Shown piece by piece: positions 1 to 12,394 of a stretch of DNA of 64,000 nt. The stretch lies in assembly GCA_002269645.1 (NCBI GenBank), contig NIVC01001610.1, positions 124,001-188,000 on the forward strand. Direction: 5' to 3'. Made by a program: the position numbers and the translations under genes. The notes below the pieces were generated by a model. The model made no database searches, had not been told where the DNA came from, and worked only from the letters and a program-made list of their open reading frames with translations. The DNA comes from Macrostomum lignano. Its lineage: Eukaryota. The stretch's first letter is position 1. Each line of letters starts with the position of its first letter.

Positions 1-320
1 CCCTAGAGATATATTTGACGCCCTAGAGACACATATCAGCGCCCTAGGGATATATTTGACGCCCTAGAGACACATATCGGCGCCCTAGGGATATATTTGA
101 CGCCCTAGAGGCACATATCGGCAGCCTAGAAACACATTAGAGACATATTGGACGCCCTAGATACACATATCGACATCGACGCCCTAGAGACATATATCGG
201 CGCCCAAGACATATCGGCGCCCTAGAGACACATTAAAGACACATTGGACGCCCTAGAGACGCATATCGGCGCCCTAGAGTCCCATTTCAGCGCCTTAGAG
301 ACGCATTGGACGCTCTAGAG
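1..320. repeat. Degenerate ~22-24 bp tandem repeat (gacgccctagagacacatatcggc)
   Basis: Repeated gccctagaga/cacatat motif from the window start. Confidence 0.85.
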
Positions 321-1904
321 ACACAATGGAAATCTCATTTTGCAGATAAAAACTAATCAACTATCAGGTATTTATAAAGCTCTGAATCACCAATCCTATA
401 CTCATTATGACGCATCTCCCTTCACTTGATATCCCTCAATTCTTCTTTCCATGTTAAACTTCCCACGCAAAACCTGGCACGTATAAAGCATTAGCATTGT
501 TGATTCATGCCTAAGACAGACAAGGCTACAGAGACGAGATATGGGGGGACAGACTGCTTGTTAGGCCGCCGCCTTCTGTCCATCCCGGTGGGTGCGTAGG
601 CGGGACAGCAACCGACCCTTGTTGTTTCTGTGATGTACGGTTGGGGAAAAAGGGTTTTAGACTAAGCCTTAGTTCTCATAGCATATAGACTCTAAATTTC
701 TGTGTGAGTCACCGCTATTTACAGCTGATTTAGTTGAATATTATATGTTAATGTACTCACTCACAAAGTTTTTGTCAGGACCATATGGGCTCCGGATCTA
801 GTCTGTAGACTTCTATATATGGTATTATACTTATTTTATTTCCACAAAAAGCATATATTATTATGCAGATTAGCAATTTCCGTACACTTCCTTATGTAAG
901 CAATATACATTTAGTTATAGTTACAATAAATAGCAGTGTCAAAGTGGGCTTTAGCGTTAAACAAAGCTTGTTTTTCTCTGTTTTATCAACAAAATCTGTC
1001 CCATGCGTGTGTGTGTGTGTGTGAAAACATTCACCTTTTCGTTGTTGACAGTTTTGTTTTACTGTTTCGCACTTCTCTCGCACGGCCATTTATGACAAGA
1101 GAAAAACTCCAAAACATAGCTAATAGTGTGTTTGCCACCCCATTGCTGCCGATTCAGAGAGTAGAGTCACATGGCGGTAAGCCAAACGGCGGAGCAAAAT
1201 AGGTAGCAAAAAAGGCTAGAGAGAGGGACAGAGGCGGAGAGAGAGAGAGGCGTGGGTGTGTGTACATCTAAGAAGCATTTTTTTCAACAAAAAAACACGC
1301 GAACGTCTACTGTCTCGGCCTGAACAGCTTTTGCCCATTCAGGCAAAAGGACTGTACAGCATACGGACCTCTCCGGGGCCGCCATTGGCTGAGAGACACT
1401 GAGGGGGGAGTGACCATCGGGAAAGTTCATCCAGTCTAAACTGATTTCCGTCCAGATCGCCCTCTCCCCCTCCGCCCCTCCCCTCTGTGCCGCATTCACC
1501 TAATTTTAAAGAGAGGGAGAACGTGACAGACTAAGGAGCAAAGTCAAACGGAGACAGGGCAGACGAAGGGGGCGTGCGTGCTAGTCCACTACTACTAAAA
1601 TTTTGGATTCTCCCTGAAACAGCCTAGATCGTTTCATTCTGAAATGTGCCGGCCTTCGCGATTTATTCCCATCAAAATGGGGATAATAAATTTGTTTTGA
1701 CAAAGGTTATAGAGCGATTAAGATCCTATCGCAGGAGATAACTGCTGCGTTAGGTGAGTAACTTCTCAATACTGTAATTAAGAATTAAATAGCATTGACG
1801 TGTAGTTGACACACTCAATATTTATGGTGAATTAAAGAATTACCAGAGTGCGATAAAATTCTGTGTTAGTCCTAATTGGTTTGAAGGCCGCAAGCACACA
1901 GTTC

Positions 1905-2140
1905 CGACTCAAAAACTTCAGACTCTAACAGTTCCGACTCAATCAGTTCCGACTCAAACAGTTCCGACTCAAGGAACTCCGACTCAAGGAACTCTGACTC
2001 AAACAGCTCCGACTCAAGGAACTCTGACTTAAACATTTCCGACTCAAGCAGTTCCAACTCCAGCAGTTCCGACTCAAGCAGTTCTGACTCAAGGAACTCT
2101 GACTCAAACAGCTCCGACTCAAGGACCTCTGACTCAAACA
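1905..2140. repeat. 15-bp minisatellite (cagttccgactcaaa)
   Basis: About 15 imperfect copies; source of ORFs 1872..2150 and 1943..2137. Confidence 0.9.
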
Positions 2141-2257
2141 TTTCTAACAAAATCTAACAAAAATGATAAGCAGAGGCGGGGATAGTCAAGTACACGCGAC
2201 AAACTTCTAGGATACCTGAACCCGGAACTGATCGTGCCGTATCTCATCTTCCCTCAG

Positions 2258-3224
2258 GCGGCAGCCGGGCAGCGGCATGGGCAATCGGGATTCACAGCCG
2301 ACCAGCCCGGATGCTGAAGCAGCCGCATCATCTGGCACAGCAGCCGGCCGCTGTCCGGGGACGTCTGCTGCCTTGCCGTCTTCACCTACTCCTTGTCTAC
2401 TAGTCAGAGGCAGCAGCGACGCTAGCGGCGGCGGCGGCGGTGGCAGCGATGGAGGTGCACGTTGTCTGTCATTGCCGGCGTCGCCCCGCAGCGCCGGCAG
2501 CAGCCGCCTCTCCCTCGGCTCCTCCCTGTCCAGCCTCGGCACGTCCTTGGCCGCGTTTGGCGCCCCGCTAGCCGAGTTCGACTCGCCGCTGCTGCGCTCG
2601 GCAGCCTCTTCGCCGACAACCTCGCCGGTGGCGCCATCTCCGCCGCCGCTGCCGCCGCCGCCGATAATGCGAAGAGCAGCAGCAATGAGTCCAGCTACGT
2701 CAGCACCAATATCCGCAGCAGAGGCCGCGTCCCTCAGTCGGCCGCGCATCCACCCGATCCTGCGCGGCGGCCGCCAGATCTCCGAGGACCTCTTCTGGGT
2801 GCTACCGCCCCGGTCGAAGCGCCGACGCCAGCTGCTGCTATTCCCGTCGGTCTCGTCGCCGGCGGAGTCCACCGTGGACGGGGCGGAATCCACGCCGCCG
2901 CTGAAGCCGGAGCAAAGGACCTACGGCCCCGGCCGGACCCCCATGGACTTGGTCCGCAGCGTCACCGAGCAGGTGTTCGGCGTCACGGAGGAGGAGAGCC
3001 ACGCGGCGCTCAGCCTGCACCGCTGGGACTCGGAGGCGGCCATCCGCTACCTGAAGGTCGAGCAGCTGTTTCGGCTAGGCCTGGCCGACCGGGACGCCTG
3101 CCGGGAGCTGCTCAGCGAGCACGACTGGCGCCTCGAGGCCGCCTGCGCCACCGCCGCCGCCACCGTTGCCGCCGCTGGAGACGCCGCCGCAGCCTCAGCA
3201 TTCGAAACCGGCTGTCTTTCCTGA
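2258..3224 (+). CDS. TNK2: ACK1/TNK2-like C-terminal exon (Pro-rich region, Mig6-homology region, UBA)
   Basis: RIHPILRGGRQISEDLFWVLPPR aligns with ACK1 [58 protein letters not shown]...CRELLSEHDWRLEAAC aligns with the ACK1 C-terminal UBA region. Acceptor ccctcag ends at 2257; in-frame ATG at 2277; no kinase exons seen upstream in the window. Confidence 0.85.
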
Positions 3225-4249
3225 GATTTGCCGACTTTCCTTGTTTTCTATTGCAATTTTATTTGTTTAAATTTGTGCAAATTTATTTGAAAACCCACTT
3301 TGGTTACATTGCATCAAATAGGGTTCAGGCATAGACCATATTTAGAAGAGAATTATTCTTGGAGAAACCATAAGAAAACCCACTAGAAAATATCAAATTA
3401 AATAGATTAAGGGTTTGAAATCTGCTTTGATTTGTAAGCTAAAGTCTCCATAATTTAGATGACAGCGATTTTCTAAGAAATCATCTGGCGGCCTGTAGGG
3501 AACGCATATTTGTCTCTTTCGTTTTATTTGCTCTTTAGAGAACGCACAGTGTAGCGCTGAATAGGTTTTTTCCATAGACGTCCATGGCCATAACTGCAAT
3601 CTCTGTCCTCACTTATTCGACTTTAAGTCGGTCTCCTTCTTGTTTGACATATTCTAAACTTCTTCAAATTTGTTTTCCTCTTTGTTTCTCCCTCGGATTA
3701 TTCTTGGGGATTTGCTTACCTTGTGAAATATTCTAAAAATAGAATCGTTCTTCTCCCCAGGAAGCTCCCATACAGGTCAGCCTTATAAGCCAGAGGATAT
3801 AAAATACGTGCTTGTTGAACGAACTTTGCTATGCGCGGGTGCATTTGGTGCAATTCCTGTGTGTGGGCGCCACATGTGAAAGCTGAGTGCAAAACTGAAT
3901 CCGCTATGGACCGATCAATTTTAATGCCATGCAAAGTTTTTGTCCGCTTTCATTTCTGTATTTTCATACGTTTTTACTACGTTTTGTATCTGTTAGTCCG
4001 TCTGGCGTAACCCGAACTTGGCTTTCGATTGCGCTCAGTTAGTCTATTTGTACTGCTCTACCTCCTGTGACAGCTGCCAGCGTGCCCGGTAACGCCAATA
4101 ATTGCTTTCTTGTGCAGCCCTCCGTTGAGGATTAACTTTTGCTGGTACTTGCCTCACAAACTGCACCCACCAATGTTTTAGGTTGGTATTAATCCATTGT
4201 GAGTCTGTAGGCTGCGGGTCATGTCTTTGATTCTTGCAGTTACTCATGA

Positions 4250-4645
4250 TTAGGTCATGACTCAAATTGTATCAGTGACTCATGATCAGGTTATGACTCA
4301 AATTGTATCAGTGACTCATGATCAGGTCATGACTCAAATTGTATCAGTGACTCATGATCAGGTCATGACTCAAATTGTATCAGTGACTCATGATCAGGTC
4401 ATGACTCAAATTGTATCAGTGACTCATGATCAGGTCATGACTCAAATTGTATCAGTGACTCATGATCAGGTCATGACTCAAATTGTATCAGTGACTCATG
4501 ATCAGATCATGACTCAAATTGTTTCAGTGACTCATGATCAGGTCTTGACTCAAATTGTTTCAGTGACTCATGATCAGATCATGACTCAAATTGTACCAGT
4601 GACTCATGATCAGGTCATGACTCAAATTGTACCAGTGACTCATGA
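4250..4645. repeat. 36-bp minisatellite containing two TGACTCA motifs per unit
   Basis: Unit atgactcaaattgtatcagtgactcatgatcaggtc, about 11 copies. Confidence 0.95.
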
Positions 4646-5244
4646 TGGCGACTCTAATTTTAAAATTACCTGTATGATCAGACAGTTTTGCAATTTGCAT
4701 CAGTAATTGTTACAATTTTCTATCGCAACATGAAAAGGTTTTGACTTTAAGTTACCTCAGTAAAATAAGTGATGCGGAAACATGCAGTCTCTTAATTTTT
4801 ACGCTTTCGTGTTATTCGACTTTCATCGACGTGTGAAGTTCAAAAATTAGCTTTTAAAGCACTTGGACGCGGAATCTAAAGCGTATGCTTTGATCTAAGC
4901 TGTTCTTTATTTTTTGAACTAATTTTTTACGAAGCACAAGCAAATGTTGCTACTTGTGACAGTAGCGCAGTGGGCATGCCCGTATGTTTAACTTTTTGAA
5001 GTTTTTCTATTACCCTACTTCAATGGTCTACCTCTCCAAGTTGTTTGGTTCTATAAATAAATGCGGAACTAAAAGCACGGCTGGGAGTGCAGCGATACTG
5101 TAGCACAAATGTCTATGGGCGTGACTGTACAAGCAATACCGTCATCAATATAATGATGCACAAACCATAGAGAAACAATGTCCCAATTTTTTTCAGCAGA
5201 GATTCATGGAACTCAATACGACGCTCGTATTATAGTAGAAAAAT

Positions 5245-5830
5245 CTGTGACCCTCCACCAAGAGACAGGGATGCCGATTGTGGGTTGTCTTGGAGAGGGC
5301 GCCCACCAAGAGACAGGGATGCCGATTGTGGGTTGTCTTAGAGAGGGCGCCCACCAAGAGACAGGGATGCCGATTGTGTGTTGTCTTGGAGAGGGCGCCC
5401 ACCAAGAGACAGGGATGCCGATTGTGGGTTGTCTTGGAGAGGGCGCCCACCAAGAGACAGGGATGCCGATTGTGGGTTGTCTTGGAGAGGGCGCCCACCA
5501 AGAGACAGGGATGCCGATTGTGGGTTGTATTGGAGAGGGCGCCCACCAAGAGACAGGGATGCCGATTGTGGGTTGTCTTGGAGAGGGCGCCCACCAAGAG
5601 ACAGGGATGCCGATTGTGGGTTGTCTTGGAGAGGGCGCCCACCAAGAGACAGGGATGCCGATTGTGGGTTGTCTTGGAGAGGGCGCCCACCAAGAGACAG
5701 GGATGCCGATTGTGGGTTGTCTTGGAGAGGGCGCCCACCAAGAGACAGGGCTGCCGATTGTGGGTTGTCTTAGAGAGGGCGCCCACCAAGAGACAGGGAT
5801 GCCGATTGTGGGTTGTCTTGGAGAGGGCGC
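5245..5830. repeat. 48-bp minisatellite
   Basis: Unit gagagggcgcccaccaagagacagggatgccgattgtgggttgtcttg, about 12 copies; open in most frames. Confidence 0.95.
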
Positions 5831-6438
5831 CGCAAGAGTCAATGATCGATGGTTCAGGCGAGTTATGGTGGTCAGGAAAGCCGAAAAAACGGCTCAAGTC
5901 GCATTAAGAAGACACATGCTTGTAAGTACATGTAAGTCTTTGCTGCACTAGAAATAGAACAGTGAATGCTCACGCCCTTCGAACTGCTGCATTTACGTAA
6001 CTAAATAAGCAGATGGTCTCTTCTGGGATTTCCAGCCGTCCATTTTTGTCATTCCGGTTTACTGAGGCGATTTTGAGCATTCAGACAAAGATTGGCTTGT
6101 GTGCTGACCTGCCTGAGTGACGAAGCCTCAGTCGAGCACCGCTCTGCCCAGTTCCCGCCGCCTTACAGTAGGTGAAATTACCTGCAAGGCAAGCCTTTGA
6201 TCGAAAATTATTGGAAGACTATTAACACGAATCCAGTTGCTCCCTGGGTTGCAGAGTGGCCGCTTTTGTGCTACCGCCGCACCTGCCACCCCTCCCAGCA
6301 AAGGAACTCCGGTTTTAGCTGTACGAAGTGCTTTCAGTTTTCCAGTTTCCGAATCGGTTCGATGTCGTGAGGCATGACGTCAGCGCGAAGAGAGCTGACC
6401 GTACGGCCCCAAAGCGCAGCCTCAATTATCTAATCATC

Positions 6439-6603
6439 TGTAAGAACAAGCGAAAACGAGAAATTGGCTTAAGGCGTAGACCGACTCTTGGCTGCCCAGG
6501 GCGCCAAGGCATTCACTTATATATTATCATTGTACAGCGAGCAAATGTACATAAGAGCTAGTGAACGTGCGCACACGCAATCAACTAAGCAAACCATCTT
6601 ACA
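6439..6603 (-). repeat. 3' LTR of the Gypsy element
   Basis: Identical to 8925-9089; TG...CA termini. Confidence 0.95.
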
Positions 6604-6799
6604 ATGCTCTCCTTCTTTCAAAAAGTGTTCCACTCACTTTCTGCATTTTTCGTTGTGTTAAAAAAAAGTTACGAGTATGAGTTCGACGAATTCTGATCGA
6701 ATATTTGAACGAATAAATATTTGAGGGAAATAAAAGTGGAAATTAAAATGAACTTAAGCAATGCCAATGTTTAAAAAAACTATCTAAGAAAATCTGCAT

Positions 6800-8345
6800 T
6801 CAATGAGTATACACTTCACCAAAAAATTCTGGCGGGGCACGGGCCCTCTCACTTCGGCGCAATACAGGCTGTTCTGGATGCTCTGGAACATCAGCAGGGG
6901 CGCCGACCGGGGCGCCGATTGGGGTGCCGGCTGGGGCGCCGACCGGGGCGCCGACTGGGGCGCCGGATGGGGCGCCGGCTGGGACGCCGTCAAATCTCAG
7001 GTCGTCCTCGTCAGGATTGTGCAGTTGCGCCGCTGGTTGCAATTGAGGTGCTGCAGCTGGACTGGCCGTGTTGCATGGCTTCAGGCGATTGAAATGCACC
7101 ACCCTTCGCCGTCGTGCATTGGCCTCGTGCTGAATGCGGTAGGTGACGTCTGAGATCTGCTTTTTAACGCGCCATGGCCCAGTCCACCATCGATGAAATT
7201 TTCGGCTCTCGCCTCGCTTCAGCGCCGGATTGTGCAGCCAGACCAGATCGTTCTCGCTGAATGCCTCGCCGTGGCACCTCCTGTCGTACGCTGCCTTCTG
7301 GTGCAGTTGCGCTGCCGCCAAGTTTTGTCGCGCCCTCTCGTGCGATGTCTGCAGCCGGCTCCGCAGCTCGGCCACCCATTCACAAGGACGTTGCCTATCC
7401 GGCGCCAGACCTCCGTATGCCAAGTCCAGTGGTAGTCGCAGTTCCCGGCCGAAATGCATCGCCGAAGGTGTCTGACCAGTCGACTTGTGGACTGAAGTGC
7501 GGTAGCCCATCAGTGCAATCTGCAGATGAAGATCCCAGTCTCGCTGATTCTCGTTCACCCATGCTCGCAGCAGCTGCACCAGTGTCCGGTTCATCCGTTC
7601 GCAACCGCCGTCTCCTTCAGGGTGGTAGCCTGTCGTCCGAGTCTTGTCGATTTTCAGCAGCCGCATCGTCTCTTGAAACAGCTGTGACTCCCAGTTCCGA
7701 CCCTGGTCGGTGTGCACCGACTGCGGGACTCCAAAGCGAGCCACCCACTCGTTGACAAACGTCCGGGCTGTGGTCTCAGCGTCTTGAGACGGCAGTGGAA
7801 AGGCCTCAGTCCACTTGCTGAAGGTGTCGATGACTACCAGGATGACTGAATTTCCACGATCGGTCCTCGCAGGCCCACCATGAAGTCCATTTCCAGTCGC
7901 TGGCCAACGCTGCCGACCGCCATGCTCTGTAGAGGTGCCCGCCTGTGCTGGCCAGAATCTTTCAGTGTCGCGCATTCGAGGCACGCAGCACACCAGTCAG
8001 TCACATCTGCTGTCATTCCAGGCCAGTAGAGTCGCGCCCTGATCTTTTCTATGGTCTTCTGCGGTCCGCAGTGGCTGCCGCTCGTTCCAGCATGAGCTTC
8101 GACAAAAACATCGCGCTGTAGACTCTCTGGCACCAGCAGCTGCTGACAAAAGGCGCTGCCATCTTCGGATTCCCATCGGCGGCACAGCAGTCCGTTCACC
8201 AGTGTCAGCCGCTTAAACTCGGACAGCAGTTGCCGCTGCCGATTGCTCCAGCCGTCCGTCTCTGCCTTATCCGGTGGTTGCCCATCTCGCAAGCAGTTCG
8301 CCAGCTTCTGCATGCACCGATCCTCTGCCTGTGCTCGTCGAATCG
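6800..8345 (-). pseudogene. Gypsy integrase (HHCC zinc finger, DDE core, GPW motif), frameshifted
   Basis: HAGTSGSHCG...WCAACLEC; MDF, TDQG and CERMN catalytic motifs; WTGPWRV. A 1-nt loss near 7868 (GLxRTDRGN) splits it into ORFs 7834..8313 and 6800..7993, and it is out of frame with gag. Confidence 0.9.
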
Positions 8346-8906
8346 CGCTGTTTCAACTGTATCAGCGAATGTCGCCTTTGCCTGCATCTGCGTCTGCATT
8401 CGCACAGCTGGGTCCCTCAATCCGGATAGAAACCGACCTTTGAGAAGCTCGTCCTTCGCTGTCACCGACGTCTCCTGCTCGGCACCTGCTTTCGTGTCCA
8501 TCAGACTCGGGAACGCACGCTTTGCCGCAACGATCAGGGCATCGGAATAGTCTGCAACCGACTGACCGTCCTTTTGAGTCAGATTGAAGAACTGCGCCTG
8601 CAGCTCAGCAGAGGATGTTGATGGCCGAAATCGATTTTTCAGAGCCTTCTCAAAGTCGTCGTAGGACAGGGCAGCATCCAAATTGCTGGCCGCTTGATAT
8701 GATTTGTCGTCGAGGAATGACAGCAGAGCATTCTTGCGCTGATCCACAGGAAGAGATGATGCGAAATTGTTGAATCGTGCCAGCCAAAGTTCAAAGTCTT
8801 GTCCATGCTGGTATTGAGGCGGCCGCAAAAACATGTTGACAAAACTAGCTTGGGGCTGAGTCACCGCCACTGTAGGGCTCTCTGCACTGCCTTCATTTTC
8901 AGTCAT
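8345..8906 (-). pseudogene. Truncated Gypsy gag
   Basis: FELWLARFNNF...AQFFNLTQKDGQSVADYSDAL...LLKGRFLSGLRD is retrotransposon gag-like; it ends at a deletion junction near 8345. Confidence 0.8.
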
Positions 8907-8911
8907 AGCCG

Positions 8912-8923
8912 CCGCTGCCACCA
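8912..8923 (-). promoter_or_regulatory. Primer binding site complementary to the tRNA-Leu 3' end
   Basis: Plus strand CCGCTGCCACCA equals the 3' end of metazoan tRNA-Leu(AAG) plus CCA. Confidence 0.75.
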
Positions 8924-8924
8924 A

Positions 8925-9089
8925 TGTAAGAACAAGCGAAAACGAGAAATTGGCTTAAGGCGTAGACCGACTCTTGGCTGCCCAGGGCGCCAAGGCATTC
9001 ACTTATATATTATCATTGTACAGCGAGCAAATGTACATAAGAGCTAGTGAACGTGCGCACACGCAATCAACTAAGCAAACCATCTTACA
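8925..9089 (-). repeat. 5' LTR of the Gypsy element
   Basis: Identical to 6439-6603; followed on the - strand by the PBS. Confidence 0.95.
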
Positions 9090-9093
9090 CATC

Positions 9094-9535
9094 TAAATGC
9101 ATGGTCCGCACTTACCCTAAGGTTAGGGTTGAGGGCTATGAACCTCAATTATCTGCAGTCTATGGTCCACACTGACCCTAGGGTTAGGGTTGAGGGCCAT
9201 GAGCCTCAATTATCTGTAATCTACATGCATGGTTCACACTTACCCTAGGGTTAGGGTTGAGGGCCATGAGCCTCAATTATCTGCAGTCTATGGTCCACAC
9301 TGACCCTAGGGTTAGGGTTGAGGGCCATGAGCCTCAATTATCTGCAGTCTATGGTCCACACTGACCCTAGGGTTAAGGTTGAGGGCCATGAGCCTCAATT
9401 ATCTGTAATCTAAATGCATGGTTTGCACTTACCCTAGGGTTAGGGTTGAGGACCATGAGCCTCAATTATCTGTAATCTAAATGCATGGTTTGCACTTACC
9501 CTAGGGTTAGGGTTGAGGGCCATGAGCCTCAGTAA
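9094..9535. repeat. ~55-62 bp tandem repeat containing palindromic ACCCTAGGGT and TTAGGG motifs
   Basis: About 7 copies of accctagggttagggttgagggccatgagcctcaattatctg. Confidence 0.9.
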
Positions 9536-9899
9536 TCTGTCTGCAGTCTATGGCAAATATGAGTAGCCAACTGCTAAAACCAGATTTTCTGAGTGCTCAG
9601 TAAGAGCTTACAATGTGCGTAGGCTTCTGTTAATACTCGTACATGTAATACAGCCTACGATAAGATTCTGAGAGGATAAAATAGCTAATGGGGATTTGGG
9701 GGGGGGGGGTTTCCATGGCTTTGATCTGAGGACAATTTTCCTGTGCGCTTTGGTAATTACTCCCAGTATCCCAGGTAGCCATTGGCCAGGCGTTGTCGGG
9801 TCTCGCGACTTTGTTCCCGTTTCCATATAAATACGAGCGGGTGATGGGAAGAATCGCAGGCCGCCGTCCCAGCAACTCCCAGACACCCAACCAAACGCA

Positions 9900-11674
<1,775 letters not shown>

Positions 11675-11986
11675 ACTCGCCGACTATAAGGTCACCACCC
11701 TGCCGTCTCCTCAAAAGAAATTCTTGTATAACTGTTTAATGTATTTTTAACTCTCCAATTGTAGAGGTGGTGTTGCTGTGCTGCACTGTTGTGGAGCTTA
11801 CTGTCACAATCGAGTCCGCCTGTTTTGTGTGTCCATTGAGCAAACAGGCCAATATTTTTCGGTGGTAGAGTCGATATCTGTCAAAGGTTATATATATTGT
11901 GTTGAACATATTGGTTAAAAAATAGATACAAAAATAACTACAAAACCATTGCTAATACTAATTAAGCGCTAATAATCATCAGACAG

Positions 11987-12010
11987 TTTTATTAATGCTT
12001 ATTAATAAAA
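11987..12010. terminator. Palindromic bidirectional poly(A) signal shared by Not and the decarboxylase
   Basis: TTTTATTAAT-gctt-ATTAATAAAA gives AATAAA on + (12004-12009) and on - (11993-11988); each is the first AATAAA after its gene's stop codon. Confidence 0.6.
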
Positions 12011-12394
12011 TGTATTGAAACTATTCCATGAATATACAATTAGTTTAAACATTTTCTAACACCTACAAACGTGTTTTTATCTATAATATTATTATCTAAT
12101 TTGATGCTACTAGACAGTAGTAACATAACGTCATCGTGTGGCTAAATTAACCATAAAACAATCAAAAGGAATTTCCGAAACCATTTTTCTTCACAAGGAG
12201 AATCCCGGGGGTTAAATAAGGATAAACAAGTGCATGTTGCTTTGTTTCATTCTACTAAATTTGATTGGTCCGCTAAAGGATGACGTCATCGCCAAATGAA
12301 GCCTGATTGGTCCGCTACAGGATGACGTCATCGCTAAATGGATCCTGATTGGTCAATCAGCGTATTAACGTCCTAAGTACGCTAAAAAATAGCG

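Larger units (their letters stand above)
6439..9089 (-). mobile_element. Internally deleted Gypsy/Ty3 LTR retrotransposon (gag + integrase; no PR/RT/RNaseH)
   Basis: Identical 165-bp LTRs at 6439-6603 and 8925-9089 with TGTAAG...CTTACA ends. CATC target duplication at 6435-6438 and 9090-9093. PBS TGGTGGCAGCGG next to the 5' LTR; polypurine tract GAAAGAAGGAGAG before the 3' LTR. Confidence 0.95.

Noticed and set aside
545-670. Structured GC-rich segment, possible ribozyme or retroelement end
   Set aside because: Only a 7-bp stem (GGACAGA/TCTGTCC) was found, with no diagnostic fold or second copy
5178-5951. Repeat protein ORF (HQETGMPIVGCLGEG)n
   Set aside because: A 48-bp unit open in five or six frames; no evidence favours one coding frame
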